DNA of 64,000 nucleotides, taken from Mobula hypostoma. Lineage: Eukaryota. Below the pieces are notes generated by a model that did not search any database, was not told the DNA's origin, and worked only from the letters and a program-made list of their open reading frames with translations. Position 1 is the first letter of the stretch; the number at the start of each line of letters is the position of its first letter. The translations under genes and the position numbers were made by a program. Shown in pieces: positions 35,611-47,849 of this stretch. The DNA lies in NCBI RefSeq assembly GCF_963921235.1, contig NC_086097.1, positions 26,414,001-26,478,000 on the forward strand, written 5' to 3'.

Positions 35611-36419
35611 GAGGATCACACAACACGTCAAACCTTGAAGTGGATGGGCTACACCAGCAAGCGGAAGGCCACACCAAGTTTCTCTCCTGTACTTAAATGA
35701 AGTGGCTACTGAATGTATTTTTAGTTTCTAGATAGTTCTGTATTACATCTTTGAGAAATGACTCAAAGCTAATTTACCTATAACTTTCTGTTAATTATAG
35801 CTCTGATGTTAGATAGTGGTTGAATGTCCCTCTGCCAGTTCTTTGACACCATTTCCTTCCTAAGTCATTTCTTTATTGTTTCTGAACATAGTTGGTTGCA
35901 TGAATTCCAAAGCACTTAATATTTAGAAGTCTATGGGTTGCAGCTTTGACCCACGCATCATTTCAGGAACAGCTTCTTCCCCTCCACCATCAGATTTCTG
36001 AACCGTCAATGAAACCCATGGACACTACCTCACTATTTTTGCTCTCTTTTCTCACTACTTACTTATGTTTTATATACTGAACATTTCTTATTGTAACTTA
36101 TTGTATATTTTACATATTGTAGTGTACTGCTGCTGCAAAACAACAAATTTCAGGACATATGTCAGTGATAATAAGTATGATTCTGATTGAACTTACTCAA
36201 CAACTGAGCCACAACAGTTCTCCTGGGTAGAGAATTCCAGAGACAAACAACTCACAGTTAAAAAAAAAAAGTCCTCTAAAATCAGTCTGAATGACCCATT
36301 CCCTGTTTTGGGACTGACTCCTACTTCAAGCCACTCCTGTAGGGAACTTCACCCTACATGAACTCTGTCAAGCCTTTAAGAATGTTGTGTGTTTCAATAA
36401 GATCACCTTTCACTTCTCT

Positions 36420-37100
36420 GGCCATCCTCATCACAAAGAAGGCATAACAGTAAATCTTAATTTCTTAGATGTTTGCGTAGATTTGGCATGTCACCTAAAG
36501 CTTTGACAAACTTCCATAGATGCACAGTGGAGAGTATCCTAACTGGTTGTATCACAGCCTGATAGGGAAACACCAATGGACAGGAATGAAAAAGCCCACA
36601 GACAGTGGTTCATAAAGCCCAGTCCATCACAGAGAAAGCCCTCCCACAATTGAGCACATTTACATGGAGCGCTGACACAAGAAAGCAGCATCCATCATCA
36701 ATAACCCAGTCATCCATGTCACACTCCCTTCTTGCTACTACCATTGAGCAGGAGATACAGGAGCCTAAGATCCCACACCACCAGGTTCAAGAACAGTTAT
36801 TATCCTTCAATCATCAGGCTCTTGAATTGGTGTGGATAACGACTCTGAACTGATTCCACAACCTACAGACTCACTTTCTAGGACTCTACAACATAGGTTC
36901 CCAGAATTATTGTTTTTAAATTTGCACAATTTGTCTTCTTTTGCACAGTGGTTCTTTGTCAGTCTTTGTTTATGCATAGTTTTTCATCAAATCTGTTGCA
37001 TTTCTTTATTTTTCCTGTAAATGCCTGCAAGAAAATGAATCTCAGGGTAGTAAATGGTAACATATATGCACCTTGATAATAAATTTAATTTGACCTTGAC
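36420..37100 (+). mobile_element. Old Rex1/Babar 3' part
   Basis: gtggagagtatcctaactggttgtatcacagcctg (VESILTGCIT) and the shared tail gaatctcagggtagta..aataaattt. Confidence 0.75.
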
Positions 37101-37754
37101 TTCTTCTAAGACAATCCCAGCCAGGATCAGTTTGGTGGAGATCTTTGAACTCTGCTGCAGGTACATTGTTGCTTCAGTATGAGAACAGATTCATGCTGTA
37201 GCAGATGCAGGATCACCAGGCTTCAATATAATTGCAGATATTTTTACTTTTTACACTAAGGATAATTTCAAATACAGGCCGATATAACCTTTGCCTTCCT
37301 AACACTTGCTGGACCTGTATATTTCTTTCAGTGATTCAGGCACTCATACCATTCAACCTCTCATCGATTAAAATTCCACCATTCCAATCTCGTTCTATCA
37401 AAGTCTTTGACCGCACATTTTCTGAATTAATTAAAGATGAGTATCACTGAGGTCACCTTCTCTAACACTGCACAACACCTCCACTGCTTCTGTACCTGCT
37501 CTCTTGGTACTATTCTGTGCCAGTTGGCAAGCTCCATGTCAAAACCAAAAATCTAAAGTATCCATAATCCAATTGGAAACTCAGAAGAAATTCCTTCCCC
37601 AAAAGTAAGACTGAAAGATGTAACTTATTGCACAATGATTAAAAGAAATAGCAATGATCGATTGGTATCCGTATAGTATTGTCATATGCAGCAAGATACT
37701 GTACAGCGAGAAGCTTGTCTTGCATGCTGTTTATACAGATCAAGTCATTACACA

Positions 37755-38055
37755 GCAACACTCAAAATGCTGGAGGAACTTAGCAGGACAGGCAGCATCT
37801 ATGGAAGAATAAACAGTTGATGTTTCAGGCTGAGACCCTTCATCAGAACTGGAAAGGAATGGGGAAGAAATTCAGTAGAAGGAGGTGGGGGAGGAGGCAG
37901 TGCGAGGTTTACAAGCTAGAAGGTGATAGGCGAAGTCAAGTGAGGGGGGAGGTGGGTGGATGAGGGGGGGGATCAGTGTGAAGCTTGCAGATGATAGAGG
38001 GAAGAGGTAAAGGGTTTACGAAGAAGGAATCTGATAGGAGGGAAGAAGAAGCACC
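37755..38055 (-). mobile_element. Penelope 3'UTR/pLTR with near-intact hammerhead (37814-37851)
   Basis: Minus strand CAGTT CTGATGA AGGGTCTCAGCCT GAAA CATC AACTG. Confidence 0.8.
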
Positions 38056-38899
38056 AAAGTTTATTGTGCACTGTATGTGCATGTTAGAGAAAGTAATATA
38101 TGGGTATGTTGACAGAAAATGAAAAGGACATTTGCAAAGAAAACGCAAAGCAGCTGAGCTGAACGGTCTGTTTCTCTTCTGTACACTTTGAAAGCTCCAA
38201 CTGTTCACTCGGAATCCTATTCCGACTCTGATCATGTGTCTAAATGTAAGAACAAATTTGTGACACCAATTTAAGAATCCACATTGAATCATGCCTTGCA
38301 CTGCAGGACTGTATAATTTGAATGCATACTAAAGAATATGACTCAATATAACATAATTTCGGCCGATTCAGATCAAATAACAGACGGAAACAGAAAATAG
38401 TTACTTGCTGTATATGCAATTTATCTGAAGTTCTACCATTGATTGAAAAAATATCAGCTACAGTGACTGAAAAAACACTTGAAACCCACTGATTAAATAC
38501 CAAGATCTCTTTCCCACTAGAAAACGATGCTCTGGATTAGAAACACAAGAAAATCTGCAGATGCAGGAAATTCAAAGCAACAAACGCTCACTTTATTATC
38601 AAAGTATGTATGTAGAATACAACTCTGAGATTCTGAGCCTGAAACGCTGACTGTTCACTATTTTCCACAGATGCTGCCTGGCCTGCTGGGATCCTCCAGC
38701 ATTTTGTATGTGTTGCTCTGGATTAAATCAGTAATAGAACAAATGTTACAGTTTTGATGTAAAATTGAAGCTAAAACAACACTGATGGTGTAAGCAACAT
38801 TTAAAAGTTAATTCATATATTACACACAGTATTTTACCATAAAAATATGAAAAATGGCATATGGTGTCAATATAATTTTTATATTTTCTTTGCCATTGT

Positions 38900-40300
38900 G
38901 CAACCGATCGACAGGTGACGCATAGCCACTGCTCTACATACCGTCCTTACACATCTGGAGAAGAAGGATGCTTATGTGAGAATGCTGTTCTTAGATACAG
39001 TTCAGCATTCAACACCATAGTTCCATCTAGGCTCGACATGAAGCTCAGAGACCTCGGCCTTGACCCTGCCTTGTGTAGCTGGATCATGGACTTCCTGTCA
39101 GATCACCGGCAGGTGGTAAAAGTGGGCTCCTTCACCTCCAACCCTCTGATTCTCAATACAGGAGCCCCCCAGGGCTGCATACTGAGTCAAGTCAGGTCAA
39201 GTCAAGTCACTTTTTATTGTCAGTTCGACCATAACTGCTGGCACAGTACACAGTAAAAACGAGACGACGTTTTTCAGGACCATGGTGCTACATGAAACAA
39301 TACAAAAACTACACTGAACTACATAAAACAACACAAAAACTACAGTAGACTACAGACCTACCCAGAACTGCATAAAGTGCACAAAACAGTGCAGGCATTA
39401 CAATAAATAATAAACATTCCCCTCCTTTACTCCCTGTATACTCATGATAGTATTGCCACCCACAGCCCTGATCTGTTAATTAAATTTGCCGACGACACTA
39501 CATTGACTGGCTTTATCTCAAACAATAACGAAGTGGAAGATGTCATCTCTGACACAGTGGTGTCAATAAAACAATCTCTCCCTCAATGTCGCAAAAACAA
39601 AGGAGCTGGTTGTGGACTACGGGAGGAATGGAGACGGGCTAACCCCTATTGACATCAATAGATCTGGGGCTGAGAGGGTAAATAGCTTTAAGTTCCTCGG
39701 CATAAACATCAACGAGAACATCACGTGGTCTGTACACACCAGCTGTGTGGTAAAAAAGGCACAACAGTGCCTCTTTCACCTCAGATAGTTCAGGAAGTTT
39801 GGTATGGGCCCCCAAATCCTAAGAAGTTTCTATAGGGGAACAATTGAGAGCATCCTGACTGGCTGCATCACTTCCTGGTATGGGAACTGTATTTCCCTCA
39901 ATCACAGGACTCTGCAGAGAGTGGTACGGACAGCCCAGTGCATCTGTAGATGTGAACTTCCCACTATTCAGGACATTTACAAAGACAGGTGTATATAAAG
40001 GGCCTGTAGGATTATTGGGGACCTGAGTCACCCCACCCAGAATCTATTCCAGCTGCTACCATCCGGGAAGCTGTACCGCAGCATAAAAGCCAGGACAAAC
40101 AGGTTCTGGGACAGCTTCTTCCACCAGGCTATCAGACTGATGAACTCATGCTGACTTGAGTGTACTCTGTATTACATTTACTGTCCTATTTATTATAAAT
40201 CGCTATGATTGCACATTCAGATGGAGATGTAACGTAAACATTTTTACTCCTCGTGTATGTGAAGGATGTAAGAAAAAAAGTCAATTCAAATTCAAATTCA
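38900..40300 (+). mobile_element. Rex1/Babar RT and 3' end, with an antisense Rex 3'UTR inserted at about 39185-39415
   Basis: [45 protein letters not shown]; (AATTCA)n tail. Confidence 0.88.
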
Positions 40301-41194
40301 AGATGAATTTTTGGCTGAGAATCGTGAAAGATAGAAACAGAGCCTATTGATAAATAATCAGCTTAGCTGGCAGAAATGTAACTTATTATTTTATATAAGG
40401 TCACTAACTCATCTGCTGAGTGATCATAGATTATCCATATTTCAATGAAACAAATTATTCTCCACATTATAATGAACATAAATGGCAAAGCAGCAAAATT
40501 ATGACCTCAACATTCCCATAGTTTAATCTGAAGTAAAAGACAGAAGAGACTATGATAGTTGCAACAGTAGTGTGTTCTGGGACACATTATATATAAAAGG
40601 AATGAGGAGGTAAAACCAAGCACTTTGTGTGGGCAACATTATTTTCCATCTAAGATTTACTCATTTCTCTTCAACTGCACGTCCAGTGCACTACGAGACT
40701 TCCTTCTGCTACAACTAGCAGTCTTACTACTTTAACCTTACTGAGATAATGTATGCAGCTTGACCTTGCACTCTCCTGATACCAGAGACTGCATTCTTTA
40801 CTGTTTACTAAATTACCGAGACCTGGTTTATATGCTGAATACTTAGGCAGGAGTTGATATGCTTCATCACCAAGATCTCAAACATTTCATGGCTGTGGAT
40901 GTAAGTGCTACTGGACGTCCTCTTTAAGCATCAGTATAACCGAAGCCTGCTTGAAACAGATGAACACTCCAGCCAGTTGATCAGCACAGGTATTTAGTAC
41001 TTGGCCAGGAACCCCATCCTAGCAGGAAAATAATGTGCCCACCTGAAGTGCTTGATTTTACCTCCTCATTTCTTTTATATGTAAATATGCCCCAGAACTC
41101 ACTACTGTTACAACCATCACCACCTCTTCTGGCTTGTATTCCTGATCAAACTATGGAACTGCTCAGTTCATATTCTTGCTGCGGGCTTCAACTA

Positions 41195-42657
41195 CACTGG
41201 TGCCTAGGAAGAGTTTGGTAACCTGCCTCAATGATTATTGTCCAGTCGCACTTACATCCACTGTGTTGAAACGTATCAGCTCCTGCCTGAGAAGTGACTT
41301 GGATCTGCTCCGATTTGCCTACCAGAGCAATAGGTCCAAAGCAGGTGCCATTTCATTGGCTCTTCACTCAACCCTGGAACATCTGGACAGCAAAGAAGTA
41401 TACATCAGGATGCTCTTTATTGACTACAGCTCAGCATTCAATACCATCATCCCCTCAAAACTAATCAATAAGATCCAAGACTTGGCCTCTATAGTGCAAT
41501 TGGATCTTTGATTTTCTCACTTGCAGACCCCAGTCAGTTCAGACTGGCAACAACATCGCCTCCACGATCTCCATCAGCAAAGCTGCACCACAAGGCTGTG
41601 AGTCTAACCCCCTGCTCTACTCACTTTGCACTTACGACTGTGTGGCTAAGCACTGCTCCAATGCCATATTCAAGTTTGCTGATGACACCACTGCCGTAGG
41701 CTGAATCAAAGGTGGTGATGAATCAGCATATAGGAGGGAGATTTGGGAATTTGGTTGAGTGATGCTACAACTCTTACTCAGTGTCAGCAAGACCAAGGAA
41801 CTGATTATAGACTTCAGGAGAAGAAATCCAGCAGTCCATGAGCCAGTCCCTCACTGGAGGATCAGAGGTGGAGAAGATCAGCAACTTTAAATTCTAAGGT
41901 GTTACTATTTCGGAGGGACCTGTCCTGGGCCCAGTACATAAGTACAATTATGAAGAAAGCACATCAGCACCTCTACTCTACTTCCTTGGTAGTTTGCAGA
42001 GATTCAGCACAATATCCAAAACTTTGACAAATGTTTATACTTTTCAATGTCTCTAAACTTCTATAGCTATGCTGTTGAGAGTATATTGACTGGGTACATC
42101 AGAGCTTGGTATGGAAACACCAATGCCCTTGAAAAGAAAATCTTACAAAAAGTACTGGATATGGCCAGTGCATCACGGGTAATACCCACACAACCCTCAG
42201 CACATCTACATGAAACGCTGTTTCAGGAATGCAGCATCTATTGTTACAGACCCACATCACCCAGGTTATACTCCCTTTTCATCAGTAAGAAGGTACAAGA
42301 GCCTCAGGACTGATACCACAAGGTTCAGGAACAATTACTACCCCTCAACCTGTCAGGGGATAACTTCACTCACCCCATCATTGAAATGTTTCCACAACCA
42401 ATGGACTCACTTTCAAGGACTCTTCATCACATGTTCTCAATATTTATTACTTATTTATTTATATTATTGTTTCTTCTTTTTGCATTTCCACAGTTTGGTG
42501 TCTTCTGCACTCTAGTTGAATGCCCTAGTTGGGCAGTGCTTTGTTGATACTGTTATGGTTATTATTCTATAGACTTGCTGAATATGTCCACAGGAAAATG
42601 AATCTGAGGGTTGTATATGGTGACATATATATACTTTGACAATAACATTGAACTTTG
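41195..42657 (+). mobile_element. Rex1/Babar RT and 3' end
   Basis: [42 protein letters not shown]. Confidence 0.88.
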
Positions 42658-42659
42658 AG

Positions 42660-44330
42660 CCAAAAGAGATGAGGGAGATCTTAAATAGATTTTTTGCATC
42701 TATATTTACCTGGGACATGGACACAGAGTCTACAGAAGTAAGACAAAAAAGCAGTAAGGTCATGGACAGTATACAGATTACAGTGCTGCCTTGCTGCAAA
42801 ACAGGGTGCATAACTCCCCAGGGCCTGACAATGTGTTCCCTCAGACCTTCTGGGAGACTAGTGTAGAACTTGCAGGGGCCCTGGCAGAGATGTGTACAAC
42901 ATCCCCAGCCATGGGTGAGGTGCCAGAGGTTTGGTGGATAGCTAATGCTGCTCTGCTGTTTAAGAAAGGCTCTAAGAATAAACCAGAGAATTATAGACCA
43001 ATGAGCCTGACATCAGTAATGGGGACATTATTAGATGGTATCCGAAGAAACCAGATATATGAGTATGTGGATAGGTAGGGATAGTCAGAATGGCTTTGTG
43101 GATGGTAGGTCGTGTCTAACCAATCTTATAAAGTTTTTTTGAGGAAGTTGCCAGGAAAGTTGATGAAGGCAAGGCAGTGGGCACTGTCTACATGGACTTC
43201 CATCAAGGCACGTGGAAAGGTTCCACAGGGTCACAAACATCCGGTCACTTCGCATTCAAGATGAGGTCGTAAATTGGATGAAACATTGGCTTTGCGGGAG
43301 AAGCCAGAGAGTGGTAGTAGATGGTTTCCTCTCTGACTGGAGACCTGTGACTAATGGAGTGCCGCAGGGATCGGTGCTGGGTCTGTTATTGTTTCTCATC
43401 TGTATCAACAATCTGGATGATAATGTGGTTAACTGGATCAGCAAATTTGTGGATGACAACAAGATTGGGGGTGTAGTGGACAGCGAGGAAGTCTGTCAAA
43501 GCCTGCAGTGGGATCTGGACCAGCTGGAAAAATGGACTGAAAAATAGCAGATGGAATTTAATGCAGACATCTGTGAGTGTTGCACTTTGGGAGGACCAAC
43601 TTGTGTCTTACAGAGTGAGTGGTTCGGCACTGAGGAGTGCGGTAGAACAAAGGGATCTGGGAATGCAGGTCCATAATTCATTGAAAGTGGCGTCACAGGT
43701 AGATAGGGTCATAAAAGATGTATTTGGCACATTGGCCTTTATAGATCAAAGCAATGAATATAGGAGTTGGGATGTTATGTTGAAATTGTATAAGACACTG
43801 GTGAGGCCTAATTTGGAGTATTGTGTGTAGTTTTGATCACCTACCTACAGGAAAGACGTAAATAAGATTGACAGAGTACAGAGAAGATTTACAAGGATGT
43901 TGCCAGGTCTAGAGGACCTGAGTTATATGGAAAGAGTGAATAGATTAGAACTTGGAGGGGAGATTTGATAGAGGCATACAAAATTATGAGGGGTATATAT
44001 ATGGTAAATGCAAGCAGGTTTTTCCACTGAGGATGGGTGAGACTACAACTAGAAGTCATGAGCTAAGGGTGAAAGGTGAAATGTTTAATGGGAATATGAG
44101 GGAAAAGCTCTTCACTCGGAAGGTGGTGAGAATGTGGAAAGAGCTGCCAGCACAGGAGGTGGATGTGATTTTGATTTCAACATTTAGGAGCAGTTTGAAT
44201 AGGTACATGGATAGGAGGGGTATACAGGGTTATGGTCTGGGTGCATGTCGACAGGTCTAGGCAGTTTAAATGGTTCAGCGTGGGCTAGATCAGCTGAAGA
44301 GCCTGTTTCTGTGCTGTGTTCCTATAACTC
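42660..44330 (+). mobile_element. CR1 ORF2 (RT) and 3' end, decayed
   Basis: SPGPD, KKGSKNKPENYRPMSLTS, GVPQGSVLG, SKFVDD, LYKTLVRPNLEYC. Confidence 0.9.
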
Positions 44331-47169
44331 TGTGTAAACAGCTCTTCTGATACCAGGGACTGCATTCTTTAGGGTTTACGAAGCTACCAAGACTTGGCTG
44401 AAATGCTCAATAGATGGTCACTCAGCTTTTATTTAGTCTGCTGATTAACTTAATGATTTGCTGATGCTAACTGATATCTCCTAAATGGCATGCAAAAACC
44501 AGTAAGATAAAAGCATGAATCAATAAATCGCAATAGCTATTGTCCTTGGACAATTTACAATTTATACTTCATCTAAGTTAATCACACGATACTGCAGAGG
44601 AAGGTTATAAATTCATCCACACACTTTATCGGAGTTACCAAAAATGCATACTAAATTACCAGCAAGGTGAACATAACATATTTGTAAATTGGCCATTTGA
44701 TATCAGTTGAATGGCTTTTTAATCCTTCCCATTGTGGTCATGAAGAGTTAGAAAAGAGGAATGCTTTTCATCATCTATTTTTGTACTAATTATTGGATTT
44801 TTAATGTATATTTCTGAATGAAATTTATAGTAATTTTTATGTCTTGCTAATTTTTACTGCTAATGCAGAAAAAATTTCATGACATATATCATTGATAACA
44901 AACCTGATTCTGATTCTGATATTTAGCCGAAGTGTATCAATAAAACATTATGGAGAGGATTGGACTGCTCATGAAAGCAGCCAGATGGAGACCTTATCTG
45001 TGCAGGGAAATGTTAGAGGCAAAGAGAAAGAATGTAAATCAGGGACAAAGAAGTTAACACAAAAAAAATCAGTAAAGATGACAGAGGGGAGAAACAAAGA
45101 CAAAAGCCAAAATGAAAAATATGGAGAATGAATTGAGGAAAAAAATGAAAGTGAAATCATCATAGTAGTGCAATGCTTTACAACATCTATTCAATACTCC
45201 ACAGAGCTAGACATGTAATGAATTGTTTTGTAGTGCAGTCCGTGTCATATGGTCTTTGCTGTACTGTTCATGGCTTTAGGATCCAGTTCCACTGAAAAAA
45301 TAGAACAAGGCTAGCTACTTAAAAAAATCCCACTGTCTATATATATTATTAAACTGATCAAATTAAAATTGATCAACGCACTCAAAGATTCAAAGTACAA
45401 TTATCAAAGTACGTATGCAGTATACAACCCTGAGATTTGTTTTAATACCCTGCCTTAAAATCACCTAATTCACTGTGGGGAGCAAAAGAAAATTGGTAAC
45501 CCAAATATGAACGATAGATGGGGTGCCACAGTAGCGCAGCGGTTAGCACAGCTCAGGGCTTCGGAGCTCGTTCAATTTCAATGTCACCCGTAAGGAGTCT
45601 GTACATTCTCCAGATGGAATGCAGGGCTTTCCCTGGGTCTTCCAATTCCTTCCCACAGTCCAAAGGCATAGCGGGTAGTAGGTTAATTGGTCATTGTAAA
45701 TTGTACCGTTATTAGGCTACGGTTAAATCAGGGGTTGCTGGGCAGTACAGCTCAAAGGGCCAAAAGGGCCAAAACCGTGGTGCATCACTAAATAAAATAA
45801 AAATCAAACAAAATTTAATAAGTAAAAAATCCAAACTCTTAAGTTGGTCTGTAATGTGCAACTCCAAATACAAGTACAAACTATTAAACTGATGTATCAT
45901 TGAAAAAAAAGAGCTGCACTTAGAAGCTCCCTGGGAACATTGCTAAACATTAACGCTGGTAGGGAAGCATTAAAATGATCCCGTTGTGGGTTAAACATCT
46001 TGGGCCAAAGGGCCTGTACTGTGCAATACTGTTCTATGTTCTATATTAAGATGTCCACAATTTGATATGAAGGGTTGCTCTCTACGTCCCCTCATGCTAC
46101 ATCACCCCACCGACGTCTGCCCTATCAACACCCACCTTCCATCACCATCATAATGAATCATTAACTTTTCAGTATGTACACTCGCATTCTTCTAAACTCC
46201 TGTTTATTTACTCCATAAACAACTTACACTAGTTTTCAGCTGCAATACTACACTTGGCCACTTTATTGCTTGTTAATGCAAATATCTAATCAGCCAATTA
46301 TGTGGCAACAACTCAATGCATAGAAGCATGTAGACATGGTCAAGAGGCTCAGTTGTTGTTCAGACCAGTCAACTATTCAACTCTCAGTGATGAACAAAAC
46401 AATGGAAGCCATTGTCAACATGGCCACCAAATGCATTTACTTATCAATGGCCAATGGGGGTATCATCAGACCTCATCAAATCATTGATTAAAAAGCTAAA
46501 TTCTACAGGTTAAAGATTAGTTTTTATTTGTCATATGTACAAAAAAACATTGAAACCTACAGTGAAGTACATCATTTGTGTCAACGACCAACATAGTCCG
46601 AGATGTGCTGGGAGCAGCCCTTGTGCTTCTGGCACCAACACAGCATGCCCACAACTTACTCCCTAATGCGTACATCTTTGTAGGAGGAAACTGGAGTACC
46701 CAGAGAAAACCCAGACAGTCACGGGGGAACATACAAACTCCTTACAGACAGTAGCCAGAATTAAACCTCGATCGTCCAATCACTGTAAGTGTTGCACTAA
46801 CTGCTACATTACCGTACTACCTTGATTGGATAGGTGGAAGAGGTAAAGGGCTGAAGAAGGGCATTAACTGCTGATCTGGAAGGCAATGACAAGATCTCAA
46901 AAATAATATTAAAAAGACTGCAGAAGTCTTCACTGCTCATTACAAAGCATGATGTGTCATGAGACATGTTCAAAACTGGTAAAGAAATGCAAACTCTTGG
47001 AATAAGATCTACAAAAAGTCATTCTAAAGTAGATACTGAGACTAGACTGTTCAAATATGTCAAAGGTATAAAATGCCACCAGTAATTATTTGTTTTGGAG
47101 AAACATATGTTGGTTAATTAACTTTCACTAGCACTGCCAAGAATTCACAATCTAGAAAACTTTATGGAA

Positions 47170-47790
47170 ATCATTTTCACACTTAAGAAATATTGCAAAG
47201 CTACGTCCATTCCATCACAAAACAATGCTGAAAACTAATTCGCGCCTTTATATCAAATAGACTGGATTACTGTAATGTACTTTTTACTGGCCTTCTGAAG
47301 CAATCTAATGACAAACTTCAACTCCTTCAGAATGCCGCTGTTAAGACTTCTAACTAAAACCAGGATGAGGGAGCATATCACTCCCATCTTAAATACTCTA
47401 TATTGGCTTCCTGTATCTTATAGAATTGATTTTAAAGTTTTCTTACTTATTTTTAAATTTCTTAATGGTCTGGGACTGGCATACATAGCAAAGTCACTTT
47501 TGTTTTATGTTTCTGCTCAAGCTCTCTGGTCTTTTTCTGCCGGTTTCTGAAATTTAAAGTCTCCCTGTGAAGATATTTGGCAGATCAGCTTTTTTTTAAA
47601 ACTACACTCCTAAACCGTGGAACTCGATACCTAAAACTATAAGGGATGCAGATTCAGTTGACGCTTATAAATGCCAGCTCAAAATCTATTTATTTAACCT
47701 TGCTCTGAACTAACATCATTGTGGATTTTATTTTCATGTTTGCTCTTTATCCCATTGTAAAGTACTTTTAACTACATTGTTTGTAATGAT
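47170..47790 (+). mobile_element. L2-type LINE 3' end
   Basis: AFISNRLDYCN..REHITPILNTLYWLPVSYRIDFKV, characteristic of the L2 C-terminus. Confidence 0.8.
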
Positions 47791-47849
47791 AAGTTATTAT
47801 CATTATCTGCCTGTTTATGACCTGCTTGTCAAAATCTGGGACCAGCTGA

